Below, one piece after another: positions 1-9,053 of a stretch of 64,000 bases of DNA. The stretch is from an uncultured candidatus Porisulfidus sp. (lineage in GTDB: Bacteria; Pseudomonadota; Gammaproteobacteria; Poriferisulfidales; Poriferisulfidaceae). Numbering within the stretch: the stretch's first letter is position 1; each line of letters starts with the position of its first letter. The notes under the pieces were generated by a model. The model ran no database searches and had not been told where the DNA came from. It saw only the letters and a list, made by a program, of their open reading frames with translations. The translations under genes and the position numbers were made by a program. The stretch lies in the NCBI GenBank assembly GCA_965204575.1, contig OZ241993.1:1056001-1120000 (forward strand). The letters are read 5' to 3'.

Positions 1-2
1 GC

Positions 3-1292
3 GTATGCCTGAACGTCGGTTGCATCCCGTCCAAGACTTTGCTGCACGCGGCCGGCCTGATCGAGGATGCGGCCGAATGGCGGGACCGGGGGGTGGTGTT
101 CGACCCGCCGCGGATCGACCTGGATGCGTTGCGTGCCTGGAAGGAGAAGGGCGTATCGCAACTGGCCGACGGCCTCGGTGCGCTTGCCAAGCGGCGCGAG
201 GTCGAGGTGGTGACTGGCCGAGGGAAGTTCATTTCCGCGCATACGTTGGCGGTCGAGACTGACGAAGGAACCGAAGAAGCCCGCTTTTCGCAAGCGATCA
301 TCGCCACGGGATCACGGCCGATCAAGCTTGGGTTGTTTCCAGATGATCCCCGGGTCTTGGACTCCACGTCCGCATTGGACTTGACGGAGATCCCGGAGCG
401 GCTGCTGGTGGTGGGGGGCGGTGTCCTGGGTCTGGAACTTGCCACGGTGTTCCGCGCCCTGGGGTCGCAGGTGACCGTGGTGGAAGCGCTGGAACAGATA
501 ATGGGCGAGGCCGACAAGGACGTGGTGCGGGCGTATCTCAAGCGCAACAAGGAACGGTTTGCTGCGCTGCATACGGGGACCCAGGTGGAGAAAGCCGAAG
601 CAAAGGATGATGGTATTTCGGTACAACTCAAGAATGCGGACCGCCAGTGGGAAGAGTCGTTCAATGCGGTGCTGGTCGCGGTGGGACGAGCGGCGAACAG
701 CGAAGACTTGGGTCTGGAGAGCGCCGGGGTCGCGGTTGGGGAATCCGGCACGATTCCGGTCAACCACCAGCAGCGGACCAACATCCCCCACATCTTCGCC
801 ATCGGCGACGTGACGGGCGCGCCGATGCTGGCGCATCGGGCCTCCTACCAGGGCCGGTTGGCGGCGGAAGTCGCGGCCGGCATGAAATCCGCCTACGAGG
901 CGAGGGTGGTTCCCTCGGTGGCCTACACCGACCCGGAAGTCGCCTGGGTGGGACTGACCGAACGCGAGGCCAAGGCTCAGGGCATTGCTTATGAGCGCGG
1001 CATCTTCCCGTGGGCGGCAAGCGGACGGGCAGTCGGAACTTCGCGCGTCGAGGGCATGACCAAGCTGCTATTCGATTCGGAGACGAAACGCCTCATCGGG
1101 GCGGCCGTGGTGGGCGTGCATGCCGGGGAGTTGATCGCGGAGGCGGCCCTGGCGATCGAGACCGGTTGCGAAGCGGGAGACATTGCCGGGACGATCCATC
1201 CGCATCCGACATTCTCGGAGACTCTGGCCCAGGCCAGCGAGGTGGCCGAAGGGACGGTAACGGAGTTATTTCTGGGGCGTGGCAGGAATTGA
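3..1292 (+). CDS. lpdA: Dihydrolipoamide dehydrogenase (5' end outside window)
   Basis: Frame 3 from base 3 reads VCLNVGCIPSK (redox disulfide motif); GGGVLGLE NAD-binding motif; C-terminal HPHPTFSE. Confidence 0.96.
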   Translation, partial: VCLNVGCIPSKTLLHAAGLIEDAAEWRDRGVVFDPPRIDLDALRAWKEKGVSQLADGLGALAKRREVEVVTGRGKFISAHTLAVETDEGTEEARFSQAIIATGSRPIKLGLFPDDPRVLDSTSALDLTEIPERLLVVGGGVLGLELATVFRALGSQVTVVEALEQIMGEADKDVVRAYLKRNKERFAALHTGTQVEKAEAKDDGISVQLKNADRQWEESFNAVLVAVGRAANSEDLGLESAGVAVGESGTIPVNHQQRTNIPHIFAIGDVTGAPMLAHRASYQGRLAAEVAAGMKSAYEARVVPSVAYTDPEVAWVGLTEREAKAQGIAYERGIFPWAASGRAVGTSRVEGMTKLLFDSETKRLIGAAVVGVHAGELIAEAALAIETGCEAGDIAGTIHPHPTFSETLAQASEVAEGTVTELFLGRGRN

Positions 1293-1303
1293 GTCCATCA
1301 TAA

Positions 1304-1328
1304 GTTGAGGCAAGGGAGGTGCCTCAAC
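1304..1328. terminator. Stem-loop after lpdA, possible terminator
   Basis: Perfect 9-bp stem GTTGAGGCA/TGCCTCAAC, 7-nt loop; no clean U tract. Confidence 0.4.
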
Positions 1329-1402
1329 AGCCAAAATTTTAAGCTTGATTGTGTTCTCGGATTCTTGTGTAAAGGACGCTAGATGTAACGCGCAAGTCGT
1401 TT

Positions 1403-4306
1403 ATGAATAATCCAAAAGTTGAATCTTGCCCTACATATAAGCGAACCGGGTTTGCTTCATTCCTGTTTGCGGTCATTTGCCCAAAAGATGCCAAAGCCGC
1501 TCTTTTGAGCCCGAACGTCTTGAGGTTGGCGTTCACGGTACGACTCAAGGAAATCCCCATCGGGAAAATCGAAGCGAGTGAAGTAAAAACCTTGTGGCGA
1601 TGGGGAAGCGTTCGGATTCGACATGCTTCCGGGAAAGCGGCTGTTTCGGGATTGTCGCGACACAATGCCGAGGAACTAGCAAAAACACTAGAAGCTTCCA
1701 GAGTCGATTGGTGGCATAAGCTTTTCGCGACGCAGATCGAATCTCTGCGCTCCGTTCACGACCATTTGGCGCACTTCAGCAACCCGCCAAGGTATATCTC
1801 TCATGGTGCCGGCTGTAACCTTGAGCGCGATGCGGAGGCAGTGGCTGGCCGATTTGCTTCCCGGTGGCCGGATGCGTTGTCCAGCAGCCCGGAAATTAAG
1901 ATGCTGAAAATGGTCCGGGAGTATTTGAAGGATCCTGATGGTTGCCGCATAAAGGCAAACAAAATCTATATTGCAAATCAACTGAATGGTTCGCGCGAAT
2001 TTTTCGATCAAGTGGAGGCGCGGCCGCTAACCGATGAACAACGTAGAGCGGTTGTCATCGACGAAAACCGCAATCTGGTTGTCGCTGCGGCAGGAAGTGG
2101 AAAGACCTCGGTGATTGTGGGCAAGGCCGGCTGGCTTGTCTGGAGGGACTATCGGCGCCCGTCTGAATTGTTGCTGCTGGCTTTTGCGAGAGATGCGCGG
2201 AAAGAGATGGAAGAGCGGATCCAAAAGCGGCTTGGCGATAAAACAGCGCAAAGTCTTACAGTTCGAACCTTTCATAGTTTGGGTATGTCGATTATTGGTC
2301 AAGCAGAAGGCCAACTCCCAACGTTGGCCAAAGTGGCTGAAGACAGCAGGGCGTTGTCCGATCTGCTGAAATCCATCATTGATAACTTGCTCACGGAACA
2401 CGCATTCACAAAAATTTTGCTGAAATGGTTCCAAACTTACTTCGCACCCTACAAAAGCGAACATGAATGCCAAAGTATGGGCGAGTATTGGGACTATGTC
2501 CGCAAGCATGACATCCGGTCACTGAAAGGTGAGAAGGTCAAGAGTTACCAAGAATGCGAGATTGCGAATTTTCTCTACCTCAATGGTGTTTCCTACGAGT
2601 ACGAAGCAATTTATGAACACAAGACCGCGACACTGGACAGGCGGCAATATCAACCCGATTTTTATCTCCCGGAAGCAGGAGTCTACATTGAGCATTTCGG
2701 GCTCAATGCATCGGGAGATCCTGCTCCGTTCGTCGATAAGACAGAATACCTCCGGTCCATGAAGTGGAAGCGGCAATGTCACGACAGATTCGGCACTATT
2801 CTCGTTGAGACATTCAGCCACGAGCATGATGCGGGGAAATTAACCGAGAACTTGGCTGAGAAATTAGCGGCTCACGGCGTGACCTTTTCTCCAATTCCTT
2901 CTGCAGACATCTTCTCTATTTTGAATGAACAGGGTCGGGTTGATCCGTTCACACATTTTGTGGCGACTTTTCTACAACACTACAAAGGGGCTCGATTGTC
3001 ATTTCAGGAGGTAGCTCGACGGGCTACGGGTGTCAGGGACAGGCTGAGGGCAGAAGCGTTTCTAGCCGTTTTCAAGCCGATTTTCCAGCGCTACCAAGAT
3101 ACCCTTTCCCAGCAAGGACAGATAGATTTTCATGACATGATCAATCAAGCAACGGAGCATGTAGAGACGGGACGCTACCGTAGCCCTTTCGGCTATATCC
3201 TCGTCGATGAGTTTCAAGACATCTCCCCTGGGAGAGCTAGATTGCTGAAGGCATTGCTCGATCAGTCTCCGACGACCCAGTTGTTTGCCGTTGGCGATGA
3301 CTGGCAATCAATATACCGGTTCGGTGGATCAGACATTGCCGTTATGCGCGAGTTCGAAGATCATTTCGGGCACAGTGAGCGTATTGATTTGGAAACAACT
3401 TTTCGCTGTGCCGATCGAATCTCTAAAGTTGCGACTGACTTCATTCTTCGCAATCCTGCACAGATACACAAGGAGACCCATTCAGTACTCCAAGCAGCCG
3501 GGACCAGTGTGTATATCGGCCTTCCTGAGAAAGAGCGCTCTCTGCTCAGAGAAACGCTTGATGAGATTGCCGCTGACGCGGCTCGTCATGACGGAGGATC
3601 GACTGTTCTGTTGTTGGGTCGCTACCGGCATATGCAGCCGGAAAATATGTCTGAGTTAGGCGGACAATACTCTGGGTTGCAACTCTCCTACATGACCGTG
3701 CATCGTTCAAAAGGACTGGAGGCCGACTATGTCGTGGTGCTCGGTCTGTGTTCCGGAAAATACGGGTTTCCGTCCGAGATCAGTGATGACCCACTTCTCG
3801 ACTTAGTTCTTGCTGAGCCGGAAAAGCACCCGAATGCTGAGGAGCGCCGCTTATTCTATGTCGCTGTCACACGTGCCAGACGACGTGTCTATCTGCTCGC
3901 AGATGATGGTCCGCCTTCTTCCTTTGTCCAAGAGTTGATTGATGGGGAATACGATGTTGCCGTTTTCGGACGAGCACCAGAAAATGACGTTTCTTGCCCG
4001 AGGTGCACCGAGGGGCGCTTGGAACGACGCGAAAATGCTCGGAATGGAAAAATTTTTTACGGCTGCTCGAATTGGCCTTATTGCAAGTATCGACAGCCCG
4101 TTTGTCCCAAGTGCAAAACAGGGTTGTTGGTCAAAAAAGACACTGCTTTTCGCTGCGAGGACTGTGGCCAAGATGTAGAGGGCTGTCCCAGATGTGATGG
4201 CTGGCTGATAAAAAGAGTCAGCCAGTATGGCCCTTTCTTTGGCTGTTCGAATTGGCCTTTCTGTGATTACACCCGAAACATTAAGCAACGACAGTCACGG
4301 CACTAG
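1403..4306 (+). CDS. helD: UvrD/DNA helicase IV-like helicase with inserted nuclease-like domain and C-terminal topoisomerase-type Zn ribbons
   Basis: AAAGSGKT Walker A, LVDEFQD, VGDDWQSIYRF, TVHRSKGLE, EERRLFYVAVTRA; QPDFYL..YIEHFG insert; repeated CPxC..FFGCSNWPxC; start uncertain. Confidence 0.85.
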   Translation: MNNPKVESCPTYKRTGFASFLFAVICPKDAKAALLSPNVLRLAFTVRLKEIPIGKIEASEVKTLWRWGSVRIRHASGKAAVSGLSRHNAEELAKTLEASRVDWWHKLFATQIESLRSVHDHLAHFSNPPRYISHGAGCNLERDAEAVAGRFASRWPDALSSSPEIKMLKMVREYLKDPDGCRIKANKIYIANQLNGSREFFDQVEARPLTDEQRRAVVIDENRNLVVAAAGSGKTSVIVGKAGWLVWRDYRRPSELLLLAFARDARKEMEERIQKRLGDKTAQSLTVRTFHSLGMSIIGQAEGQLPTLAKVAEDSRALSDLLKSIIDNLLTEHAFTKILLKWFQTYFAPYKSEHECQSMGEYWDYVRKHDIRSLKGEKVKSYQECEIANFLYLNGVSYEYEAIYEHKTATLDRRQYQPDFYLPEAGVYIEHFGLNASGDPAPFVDKTEYLRSMKWKRQCHDRFGTILVETFSHEHDAGKLTENLAEKLAAHGVTFSPIPSADIFSILNEQGRVDPFTHFVATFLQHYKGARLSFQEVARRATGVRDRLRAEAFLAVFKPIFQRYQDTLSQQGQIDFHDMINQATEHVETGRYRSPFGYILVDEFQDISPGRARLLKALLDQSPTTQLFAVGDDWQSIYRFGGSDIAVMREFEDHFGHSERIDLETTFRCADRISKVATDFILRNPAQIHKETHSVLQAAGTSVYIGLPEKERSLLRETLDEIAADAARHDGGSTVLLLGRYRHMQPENMSELGGQYSGLQLSYMTVHRSKGLEADYVVVLGLCSGKYGFPSEISDDPLLDLVLAEPEKHPNAEERRLFYVAVTRARRRVYLLADDGPPSSFVQELIDGEYDVAVFGRAPENDVSCPRCTEGRLERRENARNGKIFYGCSNWPYCKYRQPVCPKCKTGLLVKKDTAFRCEDCGQDVEGCPRCDGWLIKRVSQYGPFFGCSNWPFCDYTRNIKQRQSRH

Positions 4307-4317
4307 GCCGCCGCAGC

Positions 4318-4755
4318 TTAAAGGTTGTTCGATAGCGAAGACCACGGATTGACGAGCGCCACATCCATCCCTCTAAAATCTTTAGTGTTGCGCGTGACGA
4401 GAGTTAATCCGTGTCGCTTTGCTACAGCGGCAATCTGCGCGTCAGCCATTGGCTTTTGGCGGCCTGTGTTGTCTCCATCTCCCATGATTCTTCCCCAGAG
4501 GATTGCGGCATCTTGGTCGAAAGGAAGAATTCGGTCTTGAAATTGAGAGACCAAGTCATCTTCAACCCAGCGCATGAGGAGGTCTCTTTTTGCTGGCTCT
4601 TTCACACGGCTTGCGCCTCGCGCCAACTCACCAAGACTGATTGAGGAGAGGAATAGGTTTTCGGGATTCTGTTCTGCAAACCAAGCTGTCACTTTAGGCT
4701 CAGGCCGAGGCTTGAGCGTTTCGCTGAGCACATTGGTGTCGATCAGGTAGGGCAT
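4318..4755 (-). CDS. vapC: PIN-domain (VapC) toxin
   Basis: YLIDTNVLSE...DAQIAAVA...LVTRNTKDF. Confidence 0.93.
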   Translation of the reverse strand: MPYLIDTNVLSETLKPRPEPKVTAWFAEQNPENLFLSSISLGELARGASRVKEPAKRDLLMRWVEDDLVSQFQDRILPFDQDAAILWGRIMGDGDNTGRQKPMADAQIAAVAKRHGLTLVTRNTKDFRGMDVALVNPWSSLSNNL

Positions 4756-5075
4756 TATTCGAGATCAATCTGGCGGCCTGTGGAACGGTCACGCTCAATC
4801 ACGATGTCTTCGCCCACAAATGGGGATGAGCGAAAGAAATCGACCAATTCCACACCAGTTCGTGCCGATCTTACGGGTGTCATAGACGTGATGGCCTTAC
4901 GTACTTTTTTGGCGTTTTTCCCTCCCTCCCGGAGGATGCTGGCAACAGCCTTGATGGCCCATGCGTCGCGCGTAGGTACGGTGACTTCAATGCGTCGCGC
5001 CCCTTGGGCGGTTGCTTTGGCGCGATGTCGGGCGACCCGCACCTTCGATTTTGTACTTGTCGATCGCTTGGGCAT
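4755..5075 (-). CDS. Probable antitoxin of the adjacent PIN toxin
   Basis: 106 aa basic protein whose stop overlaps the vapC start; C-terminal LVDFFRSSPF..IERDRSTGR. Confidence 0.7.
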   Translation of the reverse strand: MPKRSTSTKSKVRVARHRAKATAQGARRIEVTVPTRDAWAIKAVASILREGGKNAKKVRKAITSMTPVRSARTGVELVDFFRSSPFVGEDIVIERDRSTGRQIDLE

Positions 5076-5109
5076 GTATATAATCCGGTAACGTTACCGG
5101 ATTATATAC
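5076..5109. promoter_or_regulatory. Perfect 34-bp palindrome (probable operator / divergent promoter)
   Basis: GTATATAATCCGGTAAC|GTTACCGGATTATATAC, with TATAAT on both strands, directly upstream of the antitoxin ATG. Confidence 0.7.
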
Positions 5110-5181
5110 TATAATAACCTGGATGCGAATAGAACGCTGTCATCTCGGATTTTCATAAATGATAAATGAGGTTCATTCGAT

Positions 5182-5532
5182 ATGAATATTCAAGACTACG
5201 TTGAAGAGGGAATCTTCTCTCCGAAATTGATTTCGGATGTGCTTTTCACGACCCAGTCCGATATTGCAAACACCTTGGGTCTCACTCGGAGTGCTTTTTC
5301 CCACGCCGAGAGGCGACGGGCAGAGAAAACACAAACCCGATTGCAGGAAATGCTGGAGATTCTCGATCGCGTCGAGCAGTTCACTGGCTCACCGCTTGCA
5401 TCTTACGCATGGTTTCGTTCGGAACCAATCACCGGGTTCGGGGGGCATACCGCCAGCAGGCTGGTACGCGAAGGACACGCTGATTACGTGCATGAGTATC
5501 TTGACCGCAAACAGGCTGGCAGAGATGCCTGA
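5182..5532 (+). CDS. Xre/MbcA/ParS-type antitoxin (no RES toxin follows)
   Basis: AYAWFRSEPITGFGGHTASRLVREG-type C-terminal toxin-binding motif, N-terminal HTH. Confidence 0.8.
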   Translation: MNIQDYVEEGIFSPKLISDVLFTTQSDIANTLGLTRSAFSHAERRRAEKTQTRLQEMLEILDRVEQFTGSPLASYAWFRSEPITGFGGHTASRLVREGHADYVHEYLDRKQAGRDA

Positions 5533-5588
5533 TCAAGTTGTTTGCCCATACGCTATACTTTTCGCGCCTTTTTAGCTACGCAATTGTT

Positions 5589-5657
5589 CAGTGCCTGCCG
5601 TCACCCTTTCTGACGGCTCGACCCGCGAGTTTGCACAGCCGGTCACGGTGATGCAGA
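5589..5657 (+). repeat. Degenerate copy of the thrS 5' end (matches 14171-14239)
   Basis: Translates VPAVTLSDGSTREFAQPVTVMQ vs thr[23 protein letters not shown]; 60/69 nt identical by manual alignment. Confidence 0.9.
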
Positions 5658-5722
5658 GGTTGGGAAGGCAATCTCGACAAATTCCGGCAAGGCCGCCCGG
5701 CGTGATCTAATTGATTGGGGGC

Positions 5723-6946
5723 CTATGCTGGGCATTCAAACGCTGTCGCATAGGCCGCGAGATCTGCCGCACTCATGTCGAGTTGTCGTGCGATTTCTTT
5801 CCAGCCGGCAACCGCAGTGGCAACTTCGTCGATGATGGCTTCGGCTCGGTGCGCGCTCAATGCGAAGTAGGGTGCAGCGGTGCGGGCGAGATCCAGATTA
5901 GCCTCTGGGCCTTCTTCCGAGATCCAGGTCGTCAATTCTCGCGCTTTCTCGGCCAGGGGCACCGGGTTCAGGTCATAGGCCGGTGAAAGACGCCATTGGT
6001 TGTCATGGTCGTACAGGAACCCGTGATTGCGGAGGTGGTCGTCCAGGTTGCCTGCCATCACATTGAATACGACCCGTCGCCACAGTTCGTGCAGGTCTTC
6101 CGTCGGGGCGCTTGAGTGCATCCTGATGGCTTCCGCGATATCCGTGTACGCCGCTTCGTCGCCATCCTCGAGCCCCAGGAGGGTCATCGCCGAGATGAAC
6201 GGGATCCGCCGCTCGCCATCCCGGTCGAATCGTGTCATCAGGGATACCGGTCGGCCCGCCACGTCCAACAGTGTGGCTTCTGCAGTGTTGATGCCGGCGG
6301 CGGCGGCCAATGTCATGGCCAGCACCTCGCCATGGGGAATACTTCGGTCGTCATCCTGTGTCGGAAACTTGGCGATGGCGAGGCGGCCGTCATCATCTAT
6401 GACGGCGGATTTTGGCCGGGCGCCGCCGAGAGGGGAACCTTCGTTCAGAAGGATCTTCAGGTCTTCGGCAGTTTCGGTGCCTGATCCTACGGCATCGGCA
6501 GCATTGATCAGTTCCGGCAGCCGAATCAAGGGAGGCACGCGGCGGGGGCGGGTGCCGGGTTCGAGACCTTCTTCGCCTTTTCGGCGGAACTGGAGTGCGC
6601 CGATTCTCGTTCGGTCGTCAATGGAGAGAAGGTAATCCACCTCGGACAAGGTGCGCTTTTCGCCGGTTTTGCGAAAAGCCCGCCTGGCCAGTTGCCGACC
6701 CCATCGGTCCGGTGCGGCATCGCGCAATGCACCGGGCAGTGCTGACTTGCTCGACGAGGTATAAAACGGTTGCTGTCCGAGCGGCAGGTTCGCGGGGTCG
6801 AGCGCAAAGGCCTGAGGACGATTGAGCCATTCATGGGCGTATTCGAAAACCGAGCTTGGGCCACGCCGCTTGGCAAGGTAATGGAACCGTCCGACAAGAC
6901 AGGCCACTCCATTGTCGTCGATGAAGACTTCAAGGGTGTCGGTCAT
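5723..6946 (-). CDS. hipA: HipA-family kinase toxin
   Basis: GSPLGGARPK, AKFP, GNLDDHLRNHGF, LSPAYDLNP. Confidence 0.92.
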   Translation of the reverse strand: MTDTLEVFIDDNGVACLVGRFHYLAKRRGPSSVFEYAHEWLNRPQAFALDPANLPLGQQPFYTSSSKSALPGALRDAAPDRWGRQLARRAFRKTGEKRTLSEVDYLLSIDDRTRIGALQFRRKGEEGLEPGTRPRRVPPLIRLPELINAADAVGSGTETAEDLKILLNEGSPLGGARPKSAVIDDDGRLAIAKFPTQDDDRSIPHGEVLAMTLAAAAGINTAEATLLDVAGRPVSLMTRFDRDGERRIPFISAMTLLGLEDGDEAAYTDIAEAIRMHSSAPTEDLHELWRRVVFNVMAGNLDDHLRNHGFLYDHDNQWRLSPAYDLNPVPLAEKARELTTWISEEGPEANLDLARTAAPYFALSAHRAEAIIDEVATAVAGWKEIARQLDMSAADLAAYATAFECPA

Positions 6947-7278
6947 GATGGTGCCCGGGTTTGCTTGCGGGGCCGTATTTTCTTGGGCAGCCGGTGTTCT
7001 TCAAGGTCCAGTCCGAGGGAATCGTCGCGTCGGTCAGCCACTTGGCCGAGACCTTCGGCAAGCCCGAGGATCGCCAACACGGTCGCATAGGCCCCCATCG
7101 AGACCGAAGGGTCGCCGCGCTCCACCTTGTGGAGGGTGGCACGGCTAATGAATGCCCGTTCCGCCATCGAGACCGTGGAGATGCGGCGCTTCTTCCGCGC
7201 CACCACGATGTCCTCGCCGAGCTTGGCGAGGGCACGCTTCGCCGCACCAGGCAGTGCACGTGTCGCTAAGGTCTTCAT
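6943..7278 (-). CDS. XRE HTH antitoxin of the HipA toxin
   Basis: MAERAFISRATLHKVERGDP HTH; 4-bp overlap with hipA. Confidence 0.88.
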   Translation of the reverse strand: MKTLATRALPGAAKRALAKLGEDIVVARKKRRISTVSMAERAFISRATLHKVERGDPSVSMGAYATVLAILGLAEGLGQVADRRDDSLGLDLEEHRLPKKIRPRKQTRAPS

Positions 7279-7990
7279 ATTGTCTTATATTATAATCAAA
7301 AAACAATTGAATGTTTATTTAATTATACAATATGATACATGCCTTCCTGTTGTGAAGTGCTTCAGGTTACGCCCATTGCGGGCAGCTTTCCAGAAGGATA
7401 GAGACTCTCCGCATGAAGAACGAGCCTGTCCTGCTTCATTCGGACCGGGGCTTTGACCCAATCAGGAGCACCCTGGCCTGAGGGTCCTGAAGTCGCCGTC
7501 GGGAGGTCTCGGCCTGCCTTTTGCCGATGGGAAAGGATCCGTATTCCGTGCCTTGGCTTGTTGATTCTTCGACAGATGGAATCTCTTCATAATCATTTCA
7601 AAAATAGTGAAATGATATATTGATAAATTGAATAATCCGTTGTATATCATTCATATAATAATTTCAAATATCCTAATTATTGTTTCATGCCAATCACCGA
7701 CTCGGCCGTGAGTTTCACGGACTGCATGAGGGCAACGTGATACGCTACCGGTTGAGGCTTGAGGATCTTGCCGGGCTCGGAGAGGATTCATGATGAAACG
7801 TCTACGGACTCTTGCGAAGAAGATTTTCGGCATCGTGGACATTCGACGCTTCGGAGAGTTTGCGAGAAGCGGCCGCGCCTGCTCAGGCCGTTAGCACTCC
7901 CGGTCGTTCGGGTCCGGATCAGTAAGAGACTGCCTTTTACTCAGACAACTCGCGGGTCGAGGGGCGATCGTGCAACTAAGGGATGAGACT

Positions 7991-8021
7991 GATGTGTATA
8001 ATATCTGTAATTATACACATC
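7991..8021. promoter_or_regulatory. Inverted-repeat operator overlapping -10 of vapBC
   Basis: GATGTGTATAAT-N7-ATTATACACATC perfect 12-bp arms, 10 nt before vapB ATG. Confidence 0.75.
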
Positions 8022-8031
8022 TGGAGTTGTC

Positions 8032-8226
8032 ATGCGCACCAATATCGAGATCAATGATAGTTTGATGGCAGAGGCCATGAAGGCGGGAGGATTCGAGACC
8101 AAGAAAGCTACTGTGGAGGAAGGATTGCGCCTGCTTGTGCAAACCCGATTACAGGGACGAATCCGGAAATTGCGCGGGAAGTTGCGCTGGGAGGATTCGC
8201 TTGACGAAATGCGGCGTGACCGGTGA
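8032..8226 (+). CDS. vapB: VapB antitoxin
   Basis: MRTNIEINDSLMAEAM..TKKATVEEGLRLL RHH-type signature. Confidence 0.92.
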   Translation: MRTNIEINDSLMAEAMKAGGFETKKATVEEGLRLLVQTRLQGRIRKLRGKLRWEDSLDEMRRDR

Positions 8227-8612
8227 TTGTCGTCGACTCCTCCGTCTGGATTGATTACTTCAACGGCACCGAGACCCGAGAAACCGCGCTGCTTGACGGA
8301 ATCCTCGGCCTGGAACCGGTTATGGTGGGCGACCTTATTCTGGCGGAGGTTCTGCAAGGTTTCCACGCTGACCGCGACGTTCGCAGGGCGCGTATGGTGC
8401 TGGATACCCTATTGTTTGAGCCTATGCTGGGCCGCGGTATTGCTTTGGCCAGTGCTGCTAATTACCGGACACTTCGTGGCAAAGGTATTACCGTACGGAA
8501 AACCATTGACGTGCTAATCGCGACCTTTTGTATAGAAAATGGCCATGTCTTGCTTCACTCTGACCGGGACTTTGTCCCGATTGAAGAACACCTCGGACTA
8601 AAAGCCCTTTAG
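8223..8612 (+). CDS. vapC: PIN-domain (VapC) toxin
   Basis: IVVDSSVWIDYF...RKTIDVLIA...LLHSDRDF; GTGA overlap with vapB. Confidence 0.93.
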   Translation: MIVVDSSVWIDYFNGTETRETALLDGILGLEPVMVGDLILAEVLQGFHADRDVRRARMVLDTLLFEPMLGRGIALASAANYRTLRGKGITVRKTIDVLIATFCIENGHVLLHSDRDFVPIEEHLGLKAL

Positions 8613-8804
8613 CCATTGAATAGCCCTACAAGTTTTTCAGGGTGAGCATTTCGTTTGGTGGACAGGCCGGGATTGTTTTGGGGTGCGGTCGAGGATGGCT
8701 AGACTGTCATGGGTGGCTCTCCAGAAGCAATAGATACTCTATTCCGTATACAATATGATTATACGCAATAGCGTGTTTTCATGTCATTGGAACCGGAGTT
8801 GACA

Positions 8805-9053
8805 ATGAATCAAATCGCCCGAACTGCGAAACAGGTCGGCGTGGCGGTGCGTCGCCATCGTCGTGCCTTGGGGTGGAGTCAAAGCGACCTCGGATCAAAA
8901 GCGGGCCTGCGCCAGGCGACGATATCGACGCTGGAGAGCGGAGAACCCGGGACGCGCTTGCGTACGCTGGTCGACGTCATGGCCGCGCTCGATCTTGAGG
9001 TGGTGATCCGGGACCGCTCCAAGGCTCCCAAGAGCATCGAGGAACTGTTCTGA
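8805..9053 (+). CDS. hipB: HipB-type HTH antitoxin
   Basis: WSQSDLGSKAGLRQATISTLESG HTH, coupled to hipA. Confidence 0.88.
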   Translation: MNQIARTAKQVGVAVRRHRRALGWSQSDLGSKAGLRQATISTLESGEPGTRLRTLVDVMAALDLEVVIRDRSKAPKSIEELF

